From: Raja brachyura
Lineage: Eukaryota
DNA: 64,000 bases
Assembly (NCBI GenBank): GCA_963514005.1
Contig: OY740821.1
Span: forward strand, 13,206,001 to 13,270,000
Direction: 5' to 3'
A program made the translations under genes and the position numbers. Positions 52,870 to 64,000 of the stretch are shown here, in pieces (positions within the stretch are counted from its first letter, which is position 1; the number at the start of each line of letters is the position of its first letter). The notes under the pieces are model-generated. The model made no database searches. It saw only the letters and a list, made by a program, of their open reading frames with translations, and was not told where the DNA came from.

Positions 52870-54399
52870 TGTCAAAGTGCTGTGCTAGAAAGTAAAAAAA
52901 AGGGTTTAAAAACCATTCCTGACATGGAAAGAATCTTTCAAATGTAACGTTTAAGAGACTCTTAGTAAACTACAAAATCGTCAGCCATCCCAAAAATGGT
53001 AAAGAAGTAGAAAGTCGTGGTTGAACTCCTGGTTGTTGCACTGAATTGCTATGCGGCTGAGCTGTCACAAGCTTGTTTGTGGATAACTGACCTACCCATC
53101 TACCAAAGCAACGCACGGACTGTGGAGAATATTTGGGGAAATACATTAACGGATTTACAATCATTCATGGTATATTACTGAATGATGGGAACGTTAACCC
53201 ATTGTCAGAGGAAGGACGAAAAGATTTTCCTCAAAAGAGATTCATCCGTTTATGGAAATGATGAATACAATGCCTCGGGGGGGGGGGGAGCTTGGGCTCT
53301 GAGTGGTATTAGCATCCTTCGTACGGATTCAATTCAAAGCCTCATTACAATATATTTTTTTAAATAACAGGAAACTGGCGTTAAGTTGGGAAAATTAATG
53401 CACTGTGTACATACCAGCTACTGGAATTCCAGATTTAGATCAGGCATGTGTCGCTTAAATCTGGAAATCCAATGGCACATATGCTCTTTTTCACCGGCAT
53501 TATAGAATGATTCAAGCGAGCCGGATGCTTTTATTTACACACAATTTCAGTCATTTCAACCTGTAATATTCAGGTAATTGTGTGTCCACTGACGTGCGCT
53601 ATTTAAAAAAAGTATACCAATGTTACATGTCAACCCCAGTGAAGAAAAAGCAGTAAATTACATCTATAATACGCAACTCTCATTTAATGATCTCCCCCAA
53701 AGGGAACATTAATCAGCATATAAAATTAAATGATCTTCCACAGTTATTTAATGCTTAATCATTTCATTATTCAATCGAGTCGGTGCATATGACTGGCAGA
53801 TTATCTATATGGAAACTTGATCAAACATGAAAACATTCAGTAACACATCCAAAATTAGTCAATCTTAAATAAATTAAATGTTTGAGCAGTTGCAGCACGA
53901 CCAGAAAGTGACTCATTTTCCCAAAAATCTAAAAAAAATGTGCAGATGTAGGAAAGTCTGCAATAAAAACAGAAAACGCTGGAAATAGTCAGCGGATCCG
54001 GCAGCATCTTTGGAAACGGGCAGAGCATTTTTCAGTTGAAGGGTCTGAATAAGGGTCTTTGATCAAAAAATGCCAACTCTGCTTCTCTTTCTGCTGACTG
54101 CCGACTGTTTTTATTATTTAAATTTGGAAAAATAAGTAATCTAAATGGTGCCTTTGACAATGTTTAATGAATACTAACTCGGATCAAGGGTATATTTTGA
54201 ATGTCATTTTTAAAATGGTTCAGAGAGTGGCCTCGAAACACACGTCAAAGAATACGTCATGACTCTATTCCAGAGAAGAATGAAGAAGCATCCCCTTTTC
54301 AAGTGAACCACATTCTGACAACTTGTTAAGATTGCAACAAAATATCATGTTACTGTTTCAACTTCACCAACATTGCTGCAATGTGGCTTAATGTGCTAA

Positions 54400-54890
54400 A
54401 AGATACCCTTTGCCTGTATTTCAATTGGAGTATGTTTTCAGGTTGTGGACAATGTGCCTTGAATGTTGAGGGAAGCCGTTGCGTGCCCTCGTCTCATTAT
54501 TTGGCATCCGTGCAATGTAATGCCTATCCGCTGCTTGTCAACCTAAGCCTGGAGTCTTGATGTGGGTTGGCACAGGCTATTTCACTTTGAATTAGAACAC
54601 AAGTCAGTGAGCAGCCCCACTCTCGAGTAGGATGTAAAGACAGTCTTTGAATCAAACAACTGATGTTGGTTGTCAAGGATACTTCCTTGACGGACTCCTA
54701 TACATACATCCCGGGATTGGAAGCATTGGCATCCATCAACCACAGTCACCTGCTTAGATCAAAATAACTCCAGCCACAAAAGGTTTTACCATCAACTCAT
54801 AATCACTTATTCTTTGCTGGGCTTCCTGCTGCATGAATGCTGCCTTGATGTCAAGAGTTGCTATTCTCAACTGCTCTGTAATATTCAGCT
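54400..54890 (-). mobile_element. Decayed non-LTR RT fragment
   Basis: ORF 54754..54945 contains LRIATLDIKAAF, resembling the LD...AFD RT motif; extent uncertain. Confidence 0.45.
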
Positions 54891-54921
54891 TATTCAAACT
54901 TGTGATGAGCTTATTCAAACC

Positions 54922-55092
54922 CTCTGAAGAAGGGTCTTGACCCAAAACATCTGAAGAAGGGTCCTGACCCTTTAGTTTAAAACCAAGCTAAAAGACCCAA
55001 ATGTTACCTATCCGTGATCCATGTCCTCCAGGATTCTACCCGACCCATTGGGTTCCTCCAGCATTTTGTGTATTTCCTTGATAAACCAGTAT
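54922..55092 (+). mobile_element. Penelope terminal-repeat copy with tandemly duplicated hammerhead 5' half
   Basis: CTGAAGAAGGGTC..GACCC at 54924 and again at 54951, followed by a diverged tail. Confidence 0.65.
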
Positions 55093-55300
55093 CTGTAGTT
55101 CCAGGTTTCCACATTATAAGCTAGTGCGAGCTGGTTATTTATCAGATGTCACAATGATTCTATTTCATTCACAATTGAGAGAAGGATCATCATCTCATTT
55201 GGTTGTGTTAAATTAATAACATTTGTTACAGCACAGGATTCCATCATTCTGTTCCCAATCATAGAGCATCTTATTCAGCCCCATTTCCTCTCAAACCATG

Positions 55301-55452
55301 AAAGGACACAAAGTGCTGGAGTAACTCAGCGGGTCAAGCAGCATCTGTGGAGAACATGGATAGGTGATGTTTCAGGTCGAGACCTTTCCTCATACTCTCC
55401 TGCACTTTGTGTCCTTTTGTGCAAGCCAGCATCTGCAGTTCTTGTTTCTACA
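55301..55452. mobile_element. Inverted Penelope terminal-repeat copy
   Basis: AAAAGGACACAAAGTGC...family body...GCACTTTGTGTCCTTTT inverted ends, then CCAGCATCTGCAGTTC tail. Confidence 0.72.
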
Positions 55453-57577
55453 TTTTGACTCCTATCAAATCATGTTCCAAGCGGTAACAGAGTTTTGTTT
55501 GATTGGCTGTTTCCACCATCCTTACAGGTAGACGTTCAGACCACAAACATGTGTACAAAACATTTCCCTCACATTCTCCACGTTTATCCATCGCTTTGAT
55601 TCTGTGCCCCCATCCTCGAACTATCTGTCAATGCGGATAGCTTTTCTCCAGCCTGCAGCTTGCATGATCACATGCACCATCATCAAATATCCTCTTAATC
55701 TCCTTTCCTCCAGGAATAACTTTTGCATCTCTGGTAAAATAGTGTAGCTGAAATACATTATTCCTCAAACAAATGATTCTGACATCAAATGAGAGGACAA
55801 TTTATCTCCTCACCTTGAGTTAGCTTAAGGATAGATAGAGAGATGTATTGGTTGGTATGTTAACTGGCTGCCGCAAGTTATCCATACAAATGGGATTGCA
55901 CAGAGTGCTGGCGTTAACTCAATGGGCCGAATCTCCCCCTTCTATGGGGTTCAGAAAAATGAAAACTCTGTGAATTAGATCTTTTGTGCAGGGAAAATGA
56001 TGCAAGCTAAATGGTGCAAAGTTTAATACACCATTATCATTTAAATCATTTAGCAATTTGCAAGAGATTTGCCATGAATGATCACAAATTGTTAGATGAT
56101 TTGCATCACATTAAGTGTTTGCCATATGAAAACAGCTTTCCATAATCTCCCCGTGATATTCATAAAATTGTTGCATTTGTACACTAATTGCAAATTAAAC
56201 TCCATGTAGAAAGTTCAGGGTAATACTAAGCAGTTCAAACCTTGTTGCATAAAATAGGATGTATTCCTGTTAAGCCACTGAACAGAGACAAAACAAAAAT
56301 GCAGTCTCAATCTGAGAGATGTCAAATTGTTGTGCTTTTATTTTAAACATCATATACTTACATTTATTTTTGCTATCAAATGAATCTCCATTTCCCATTC
56401 ATTTCTTTCTACACCCAGTTTGACAAATTGGAGCTACTACTTTCTCTAGCTTTCGTTTCTCAGCTTTTTGATCTTTTTACCCATAAGACAGATAGATGCT
56501 CTCACTTTCAAAAATGTGGAGTGCGTGAAGTTTTCTATCTGGAGGATATGGGGTAAGGAGCGTAACTAATTAGCCACATAAATACATACAATCAACACAT
56601 TGAGTTTACATTTTACTCAAAAAATATCAGAATGAAATTATGAACATCACAATCAAATTACATTTTATAAAGGGGGGGGGGGGGGGGGGGGGAAGGAAAG
56701 GCATGAAACACCGCAAGCAAAAGCATTATTTTTAAATCTATACTAGCAGCATTTAAACAAGGGAACTGGATTTTGGGTATCAGACAACCAAAAAAACCAT
56801 GGAATAGCTGGTTTCAGTCACCTGAGAATTACTCGATGCCAACTCTTGGACCGAAGTAAATTGAAGGCACTTTTATATTTCACGCTCCTGCAGTCCAGGT
56901 CACGGGAGTCCAAATTTGTGATCGATCTCTCCTCATTTACATTGCTAATATCAGCTTCCTCCCCCCCCCACAGGCAAAATCACAGGCATAAATGTTCATG
57001 GGTCTGTGAATCCATCAGTGGGTTAAGGAAGGCCGTTTATGCAATGTATGCTGATGCAAAGACAGATGGCAATAACCCAACTGAGGGAGAGGGTGGGGGG
57101 AGAAATGTCAAAGTGGCTTGATTGTTCATCCACTAACAAGGAAGGAAAGCTGGATATAGATCACAAAACATGTTTGGTGTTGTCCAAGTGATGTATGGTT
57201 GCAATCATTATGTTGTACCATTTCAGGGGAACCACAAATTCACGCAGTTGATGTGTACAATTGTGCATGGAGCAACTCGCAGTAACGAGGGAAGGGAGGC
57301 CATGTGAGTGGCAGGGTGTTTTGTTTAAAAGATAGGTGCAAACACAATTAACTATTGAATGTAGAGACACTGAGAATATATGAAGAGTTCTTGTTTTGTA
57401 TATATATTATTTTATTCTGAATACATTTCATTTTGGGGGAAAAATAACTCATTATTGGACATACGCTGGTCAGTGACAGTTAACTATTTGCAACTTGAAC
57501 TTGATTGGTAAACCAATCGGAACAGTTATTCATGCCATTTATGAATCATACGAATACAAATCTGAACAACTCCATTA

Positions 57578-57792
57578 GTTTAGTTTTAGGTTTATTATTA
57601 ATGTCAGGTGCACAGTGAAAAGCTTTTGTTTGCATGCTATCCAGTCAAAGACAATACATAAATACAATCACGCTGTCCACCGTGCACAGATAAACGATAC
57701 AACATTTCGTGCAAGATATAACATTGAAGCCCGATTAAAGATTGTTCAAAGGTCTCCTGTGAGGGGGAGGTCAGGACTGCACCCCAGCTGAT
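57578..57792 (-). mobile_element. Rex1-like LINE 3' end
   Basis: ACAGTGAAAAGCTTTTGTTTGCATGCTATCCAG is complementary to the 3' end of the element at 52555-52595. Confidence 0.6.
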
Positions 57793-58020
57793 AAAAAATT
57801 GATTAAAAATCAAGGTTTTATGCATACATGTGTCTGGTTTTGTTTTGCCCATGCTCAAAAGTTCAAGCTCTGTTCCAATGCAGTTAGAGAGCAGAGCCCA
57901 CTTTTCAAAAGAGATATTAATCTGGGGTCGGAGAAAGTATATTCCTCATTCACTTCAGTGTATTGTGGTGGGTAGGGTAAGAGGATAGAAGAAAAATGTA
58001 GGTGCAAATTTGATCCGAGC

Positions 58021-58047
58021 GGGGGGGGGGGGGGGGGGGGGGGGGGA
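58021..58047 (+). repeat. G homopolymer (27 nt)
   Basis: Directly visible; other long G runs near 2496, 3437, 11595, 35525 and 56672. Confidence 0.9.
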
Positions 58048-59744
58048 GAAGAGAGAGAGAAATAAATGACATTTCTTTCAATGAAAAACATCCTTTCATG
58101 CAGAATACTTTAATACCCAGTCCGTTGAGCAAGTTTAAGCGGGGATCTTAAGCAAAGTGGTTCTGCATTTGAATTTGAAACACTCCACTGTTGAAAGAAT
58201 CAATACAAACTACCCAAGTTTGTACATGAATGATAAAGACAATGGAAAGCTATCATAACACTGTTGCTACCCTGGATAAGTGAAAAACAGGTTTTCACTT
58301 TGGAAATTACACGTACCAGATTGATTCATCCTCAAGTAGAGTAAACATTAAGTGATCAAAGATGGATTATAAAAGATACATTTACATTCCCTGTAGCAGG
58401 CACTGAATGGCTTAGTTTTACAAGTACACAACAAATGCAGATCCCAAGCTATTAATTAGCTACTAAATGCAAAATATGAAAAACTATGAATTTCAACCAA
58501 GGTTCCAATCAAATACACTTGCACTTGGCAAAATTTAAATCCAACTTGCTAGAATGGGCCAATTCAGCACGATGACTTAAGACTTGCTCTGTTAACAGGT
58601 TTAGTGCAGACCTTAAATCTGTTCCAGATCCAATCCGTTAACATTTAATCTCCGATTAATTTTAAAAAGATCAGGCTTTCAATTAAGCTGGGCCAACAGC
58701 AAAGTCAATCAGAATATAATTCAAATCAGTGGGTTTTCGTTAAAAATATAAAATTAGAATTAATTCAGGGATCAGTGTTAAATTAAAATCACAAAGGCGA
58801 TGGAAACTGACAGAAACTGTTTAACACTGACATCATTGGAGGCTGTGGCTATTATAATTTGCAATAACTACACAACAAACACAGGTGAGGAGTGGAAATT
58901 AGTTTGTAAATTAGCATTTGTAAAGTTAATTTTAAAATGAATCATTCTGGGTGATAATGTTACATCTTTTGACCAAATTATGGACAAAAGGCAAAAGTTC
59001 AGATTGGAACTTAATATATATATCAAATACAGAGAATGCACAACTGTGAAAGGTAGCACTCCTCGAATTTAAAACATTTAGATAAAATATTCAGAACTTA
59101 CAGAGTTACTATGAGAGTTTGACATGTTGACTTGCCCCTTTGCTGCTGTCGCACAATGGATACTTTTGGAGTCCTTGTACAACGTGCCGCAGCTCCAAAT
59201 GCAACAAGTGACTTTAAATGAAGGAGCTGAATGGTTATTAAAACTCTACGTAATTTGAAGGCTGACTCATTCCCTCTCTAGCTTTTCAGGTTGCAAATTA
59301 CTCGGTGCAAAGAGTATATACTTTGGTCTCATTCCATTTAGTGGAAATGTTTTTGCTTTAAAAATATCTTTAGAAAGAGCAGAGAAGCATTTAGAAACAA
59401 AAGTGCTAGTTCCAGAAAATATACATTTGCATCATTTGGCACTTTAGGCACCAATCCATGCACCTTGCATGAGGAAGCACACACACAAAATGTGGAAATG
59501 TCACAATCTTAAACAGCCCTCAGTGCGAGGCGAGTACTAAATGGAATGTTCCCTTCTCTGTGTCCACATTGATTTGCCATTTTATCGCAAAATAGCATAG
59601 GAGACCTGGCTCTTACTAAACAGAAATTCCAATCTATTAGCGATGTTCATGAATTATAGTAACCTTTTGCAGAACATGATTATACTCTTAGTGCAACCCA
59701 GGCGTGAAGAAAAAATCCATTAACAGTTTAACAATGAAACCCTT

Positions 59745-60055
59745 GCATTCCATCCCCACCCTAGTCTTCCTGCTAGTTTCAGTGTTTGTATCTTTTTATT
59801 ATCACCTCTTTCACAGCCAACAAGAGACCATTGTGTGCTCCACCTTTCCATGATCAGCGGTGCCGGCTCCGATTTGTTCTGTACCTTTTCATACCTCTAT
59901 TTTCTCTCTTCCCCGAGTCTCAGTCTAAAGAAGGGTCTGGACCCGAAACGTCACCCATCCCTGTTCCCCAGAGTTGCTGCCTGATCCGCTGAGTTACTCT
60001 AGCAATTTGTGTCAATCTTCGGTGTAAACCAGCATCTGCAGTTCCTTTCTACACG
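59745..60055 (+). mobile_element. Penelope-like 3' UTR and terminal repeat
   Basis: Ends in CAGTCTAAAGAAGGGTCTGGACCCGAAACGTCACCC...CCAGCATCTGCAGTTCCTTTCTACAC, same family as the other copies. Confidence 0.7.
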
Positions 60056-60317
60056 TGTACCATTGCATTGATTTTTCATGGCATAAAATCTTCAGATTCT
60101 AAATGATACTCATCCCAGTGCAAACACAATTTGTTTGCGACGCTGTGTACAAAGTTTCAAACTCGCATTCTATCCATTGCCACAGTAACACCCACCTCTT
60201 GCGCATTGTACACTTTATCGCCCAAAGTGATGCCAACTTTATCAAATTTTCCTTATCCCAAATGTCCCCAATATCCTCATTACTAGCATCCCAAGAACAA
60301 AGTTCAAAGGTCTCAAA

Positions 60318-60394
60318 GAAGGGTTTCGGCCCGAAACGTTGCCTATCTCCTTAGATGCTGCTGCACCCGCTGAGTTTCCCCAGCTTTTTGTGTA
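60318..60394 (+). mobile_element. Short Penelope terminal-repeat copy
   Basis: GAAGGGTTTCGGCCCGAAACGTTGCC...; 8-bp TSD GTCTCAAA (60310-60317, 60395-60402). Confidence 0.72.
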
Positions 60395-61936
60395 GTCTCA
60401 AATACTCTGCTGCCTGTCCCATCAAATGTCTCATTATTTGCCATTTCCACTGGCACCCAAATCCCTGTGCTCATTCAAAAGAAAATCCGTCATTGCCTCA
60501 ATTTTCTGTTGCCAGAACCCCTTCTAGTCCATGTCTTGGGCTCCTTCTATGTTGATGTTGCAAGGAAGAAAACTGTCACAATGAATTAGCAATAACAAGA
60601 TTTGGCCCAAAGAGTCTTTTTTTTTTTTTTTTTTCCTCCTTGCAACTCAGCAAAATGAAGGAGCCGATTCACGAGTTTAATATCCATCAAACTGGCTGTA
60701 GGGGTTTAAGTTATTAAATACTACATGTGCATAACAATGCTTATGCTAGAAATGAACAAATATCAATTATATTTAAGAAGTGCAAACTGAATTACAGCTG
60801 CATTGCGGTTTCAGGATTCAAATACACTCAACTGAGAGTTTCCATATTCATTCCGTCCAGAGGACTGACTTTGATTTGAGTGTATTACATTTAAAAGGAA
60901 ACATATGGAGTAGACAAATTCAGAGGACTCCAAATTATTACTTAATCATTCAACCAAGCTTCTCTGCATTATAAGCTTTCAGAATGAAGGCCACAAGAAA
61001 TATATTTCACCAGGAGATCTTTTGCAGTTTTCAACTACAATGCAAAGCACTAAATAGGTTTAATTTTAAGAAGAGCTCTCATTCATTCTGTAAAGCCCAA
61101 TTTTTTTGAAGCTACATCTTTAAAACTGCAACGCTCTGGTTTCAGTGTTTAAATGTCAGCTTCACCACACCACACTCACTTCATGCTCATTCCATGACTG
61201 AGGGGAAGTTCCAGGTGAGGTTTATTTTTGATTTAAATTTTGAATCCATTCTTCGTCAAATTTCAGATTAACAAAAACTATTTTACTCTTAGAATAAAGG
61301 TGAAAACTACTCACCAGGATACAAATTATCCAATGCTTGTGGAAAGGCAACAGTTGTACAACCAAGTAAGCTGTGCTGCATTTCTGACATATAGAATTAC
61401 TTGCACGCAAACCTTTTTTCAAATCACATTAAATTAAGTGAAACTGCCACATTCTGAAGATAAAGAAAACTGGTTATTCCAGTTATAGTGGCACATACAT
61501 TTACCATAAGATCAGTATTATTTTACTCAATAGAAATTCGATAGGAACAAGTGCAAGTGTCAGAGGGAACAGTCTTGCACTCAATTAAGTCTCAGGCATA
61601 TGTGTATTTCTTTCAATTGGTTTTATATGCACAACACTGCCAGGACAATATAAAATTAAAATAAACAATTTTACAGTCACTTAAAGTGTTGAATCTAATT
61701 GAATTACAGCCTTACTTGGGTGTCTGTGCATTGTGGTTCCAACTCAATGGCTTATGTTGTACAGGTTTAAATCTGATAGAGATTTCTAGTTTGAGTGCAT
61801 GGAACAAATTCTATTTACATCGTGCACAGCAAAGATTAGACGGCATCTCTGAATATCCTTACACAAGTCCGCAATAGAAAGAGGGAAAACACAGGGAAAA
61901 GAAAGGCGGTCAAAGCAGAGACAAATAAAAGATTTT

Positions 61937-62041
61937 CTCGACCCGAAACATCACCCATTCCTTCTCTCCAGAGATGCTGCTTGTCCCAACTATTTGTGTC
62001 TATCTTCAGTTTAAACCAGCATCTGCAGTCCCTTCCTACAC
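61937..62041 (+). mobile_element. Short Penelope terminal-repeat copy
   Basis: CTCGACCCGAAACATCACCCATTCC...CCAGCATCTGCAGTCCCTTCCTACAC. Confidence 0.7.
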
Positions 62042-62494
62042 AAAAGGATTTTAGAGACAGAGAGATGGCAAGAATGATTATACATTTTGAAACGGAGTTT
62101 CAAAGCCAAGGCCTAAGAACATAAATACCTTTCACCAATGAACAGCACATTCAGTTTTGGAGCCCAAATGACCCAAAGAAGACTCAAACCTTCTCAAAAC
62201 CTTGCATGTCTTGAAAACCTTCCAATAATTTCAGAAACTACAACTGAAACAAATCTTAGAAGGACAAACCTCACAATCCTCCCTTCAAATAAGATAGATT
62301 GCAAGAACGTTTATCAACCACAACAACGCTGGGAGATAATAGTGCTGCAATTGTAATAAGGCAACACAAAATGCTGTCATGTTTTTTTAATATAATTAAG
62401 AATTCTTTCAAAGCTGACCAGTTAGACCGGCAAGTAAACCTGTATCTCTTAAATAATCATACATTATTAGCCAAGTATGTTTTGCAACAAACGA

Positions 62495-63012
62495 GGAATT
62501 TGATTTGCCATCGAGTCATACCAATGAAAAGCAACAGAACACACAAAATACAATTTAACATGAACATCCACCACAGTGACTCCTCCGCATTCTTCAGTGT
62601 GATGGAAGGTGAAAACAAGTTAAATCTCTCTTTTCTTTGTCCTCCAGCAGGTGGGGGCCACTAACCTTCCATTGACGGGACGATCTTACTCCCGTAGCCT
62701 GCGGCAGGCCGAGCGTCTATCTCAGGCAAGGGATCGGCTCCGATTGCAAGTCCATGCCCCGCGGTGGGGCTCAAAGCCAGTCCCGAGCAAGGCCTCTAGC
62801 TCCACGATGTTAGGCCGCAGAGCAACCGGAGATATGATCCAAAAATCTCTGGCAAGGTAAGAGATTGAAAAAAGTTTGCCCAAACCTCACCCCCCCCCCA
62901 CATAAAACAAACCAGTGAACATTAACATATACTTTTTAAACGCACTAAAAATAACAAAAAGACGAAAAGGACAGACAGACTGCAGGCGAGGCTGCCATAG
63001 AAGCGCCACCCT
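62495..63012 (-). mobile_element. Young GC/CpG-rich non-autonomous interspersed element
   Basis: Sharp CpG-rich block in AT-rich intron; resembles a common batoid repeat from memory; family not firmly assigned. Confidence 0.5.
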
Positions 63013-64000
63013 AAATCAATCTATTGCCACATAGAAGGTGAAGGGAGGCACCTTGAAGATTGATAGTGGATTTAAAAAAGAAAAACAAGTTAAGAATAGT
63101 CTAAACGCTTCTGACAGGTTTTGGAACCAAAAAACAACTCATGAAATTCTGTATTTATACTCCTCGAATAAATTATTTAAGTTCCTATTCCTTTCCACCA
63201 GTGATTTAGTGGCGTAATAGACATTGCTGAGAAAGAATGTAAAGCTTACGGTTTTCACCAGGTTCGAGCAGATTATACTTGTCCTCATGCCCCAGAGTAG
63301 GGTGAGAAATCATATCAACTTCTCACAACCCCAAATGATGTGCAGTGACACTGTAGAATCTGTGTACACATGGACATTAAATGAGGCAGCTTTGAGATGT
63401 TTACCGTCCAGGATTATCCAACTAATGGCTACTTTGCAAGATACTGCAAGGTTGCTGCTCTGATCACCTGTGAAACTTTACACCAGCTTCAGAAGAGACA
63501 AAAACAACTTTCTGTAGACCCACAGAATGTCAACACATCAGGAAAGAAAAGGGGCAAGTTAAAAGCCAGTTTCAAACTGGTCTACGAGCTTTGAAGCTCA
63601 GTGCCTGTAAATAGTCAGGCAGCATTCCTGCTGTTACATTCAGTTTCTGCCTATTGCCGGCAGGTTTGTAGACCTAGATTTACCTTTAACTCCAAGTTTG
63701 CCGCCAGTCTACCATAATCAGATTTAACGGGATAAAATAGAGATCAGCTCATAGATGTTCGGCTTCTGATATTGACTTAGAAGGCCAAAATTGAAGGCAA
63801 TAAATTAATATTTAACTTTTAATAGATAGATCTCCACTGACACTGTCAAATTCATCTGGCCTCTGTTATAGATGAAAAACATTAAGCACTGAAAGCATTG
63901 TAAGAATAAACAATCTTCAAAGAAATGCCAGAATATCAGCAGTGCCAGAAGGATGGTCAAATTTCAACTCCCACAAGCAAACTGTCCAAATCCAGCCTTC

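Noticed and set aside
62640-62860. CpG-rich stretch as the IKZF4 promoter CpG island
   Set aside because: It sits inside a sharply bounded block that looks like an interspersed repeat; no first-exon donor identified.

Overview
Vertebrate genomic DNA, most likely a cartilaginous fish (skate/ray-type repeats; inference). The window holds one protein-coding gene on the minus strand, the Ikaros-family transcription factor IKZF4 (Eos). I reconstructed seven coding exons with GT-AG boundaries: 52830-52869, 43224-43328, 26610-26870, 24453-24620, 16226-16375, 10232-10363 and 8051-8775. They total 1581 nt (526 aa plus stop), with four N-terminal and two C-terminal C2H2 fingers. The non-coding first exon and promoter were not identified and may lie beyond 64000. 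The introns are full of retroelement debris: tRNA-derived SINEs, CR1/L2-like and Rex1/Babar-like LINE fragments. The most striking non-genic signal is about two dozen short copies of a Penelope-like element 3' end. Many carry a minimal hammerhead-ribozyme core (CTGA[A/T]GA-A-GGGT-loop-[A/G]CCC-GAAACGT[C/T]), 8-16 bp target-site duplications or inverted (hairpin) arrangements. One copy is still attached to a GIY-YIG endonuclease fragment. Hammerheads in Penelope-like elements are a known class, so I do not claim a new system; their density, junctions and sense orientation inside the IKZF4 pre-mRNA are what merit testing. Most other ORFs in the track are spurious.
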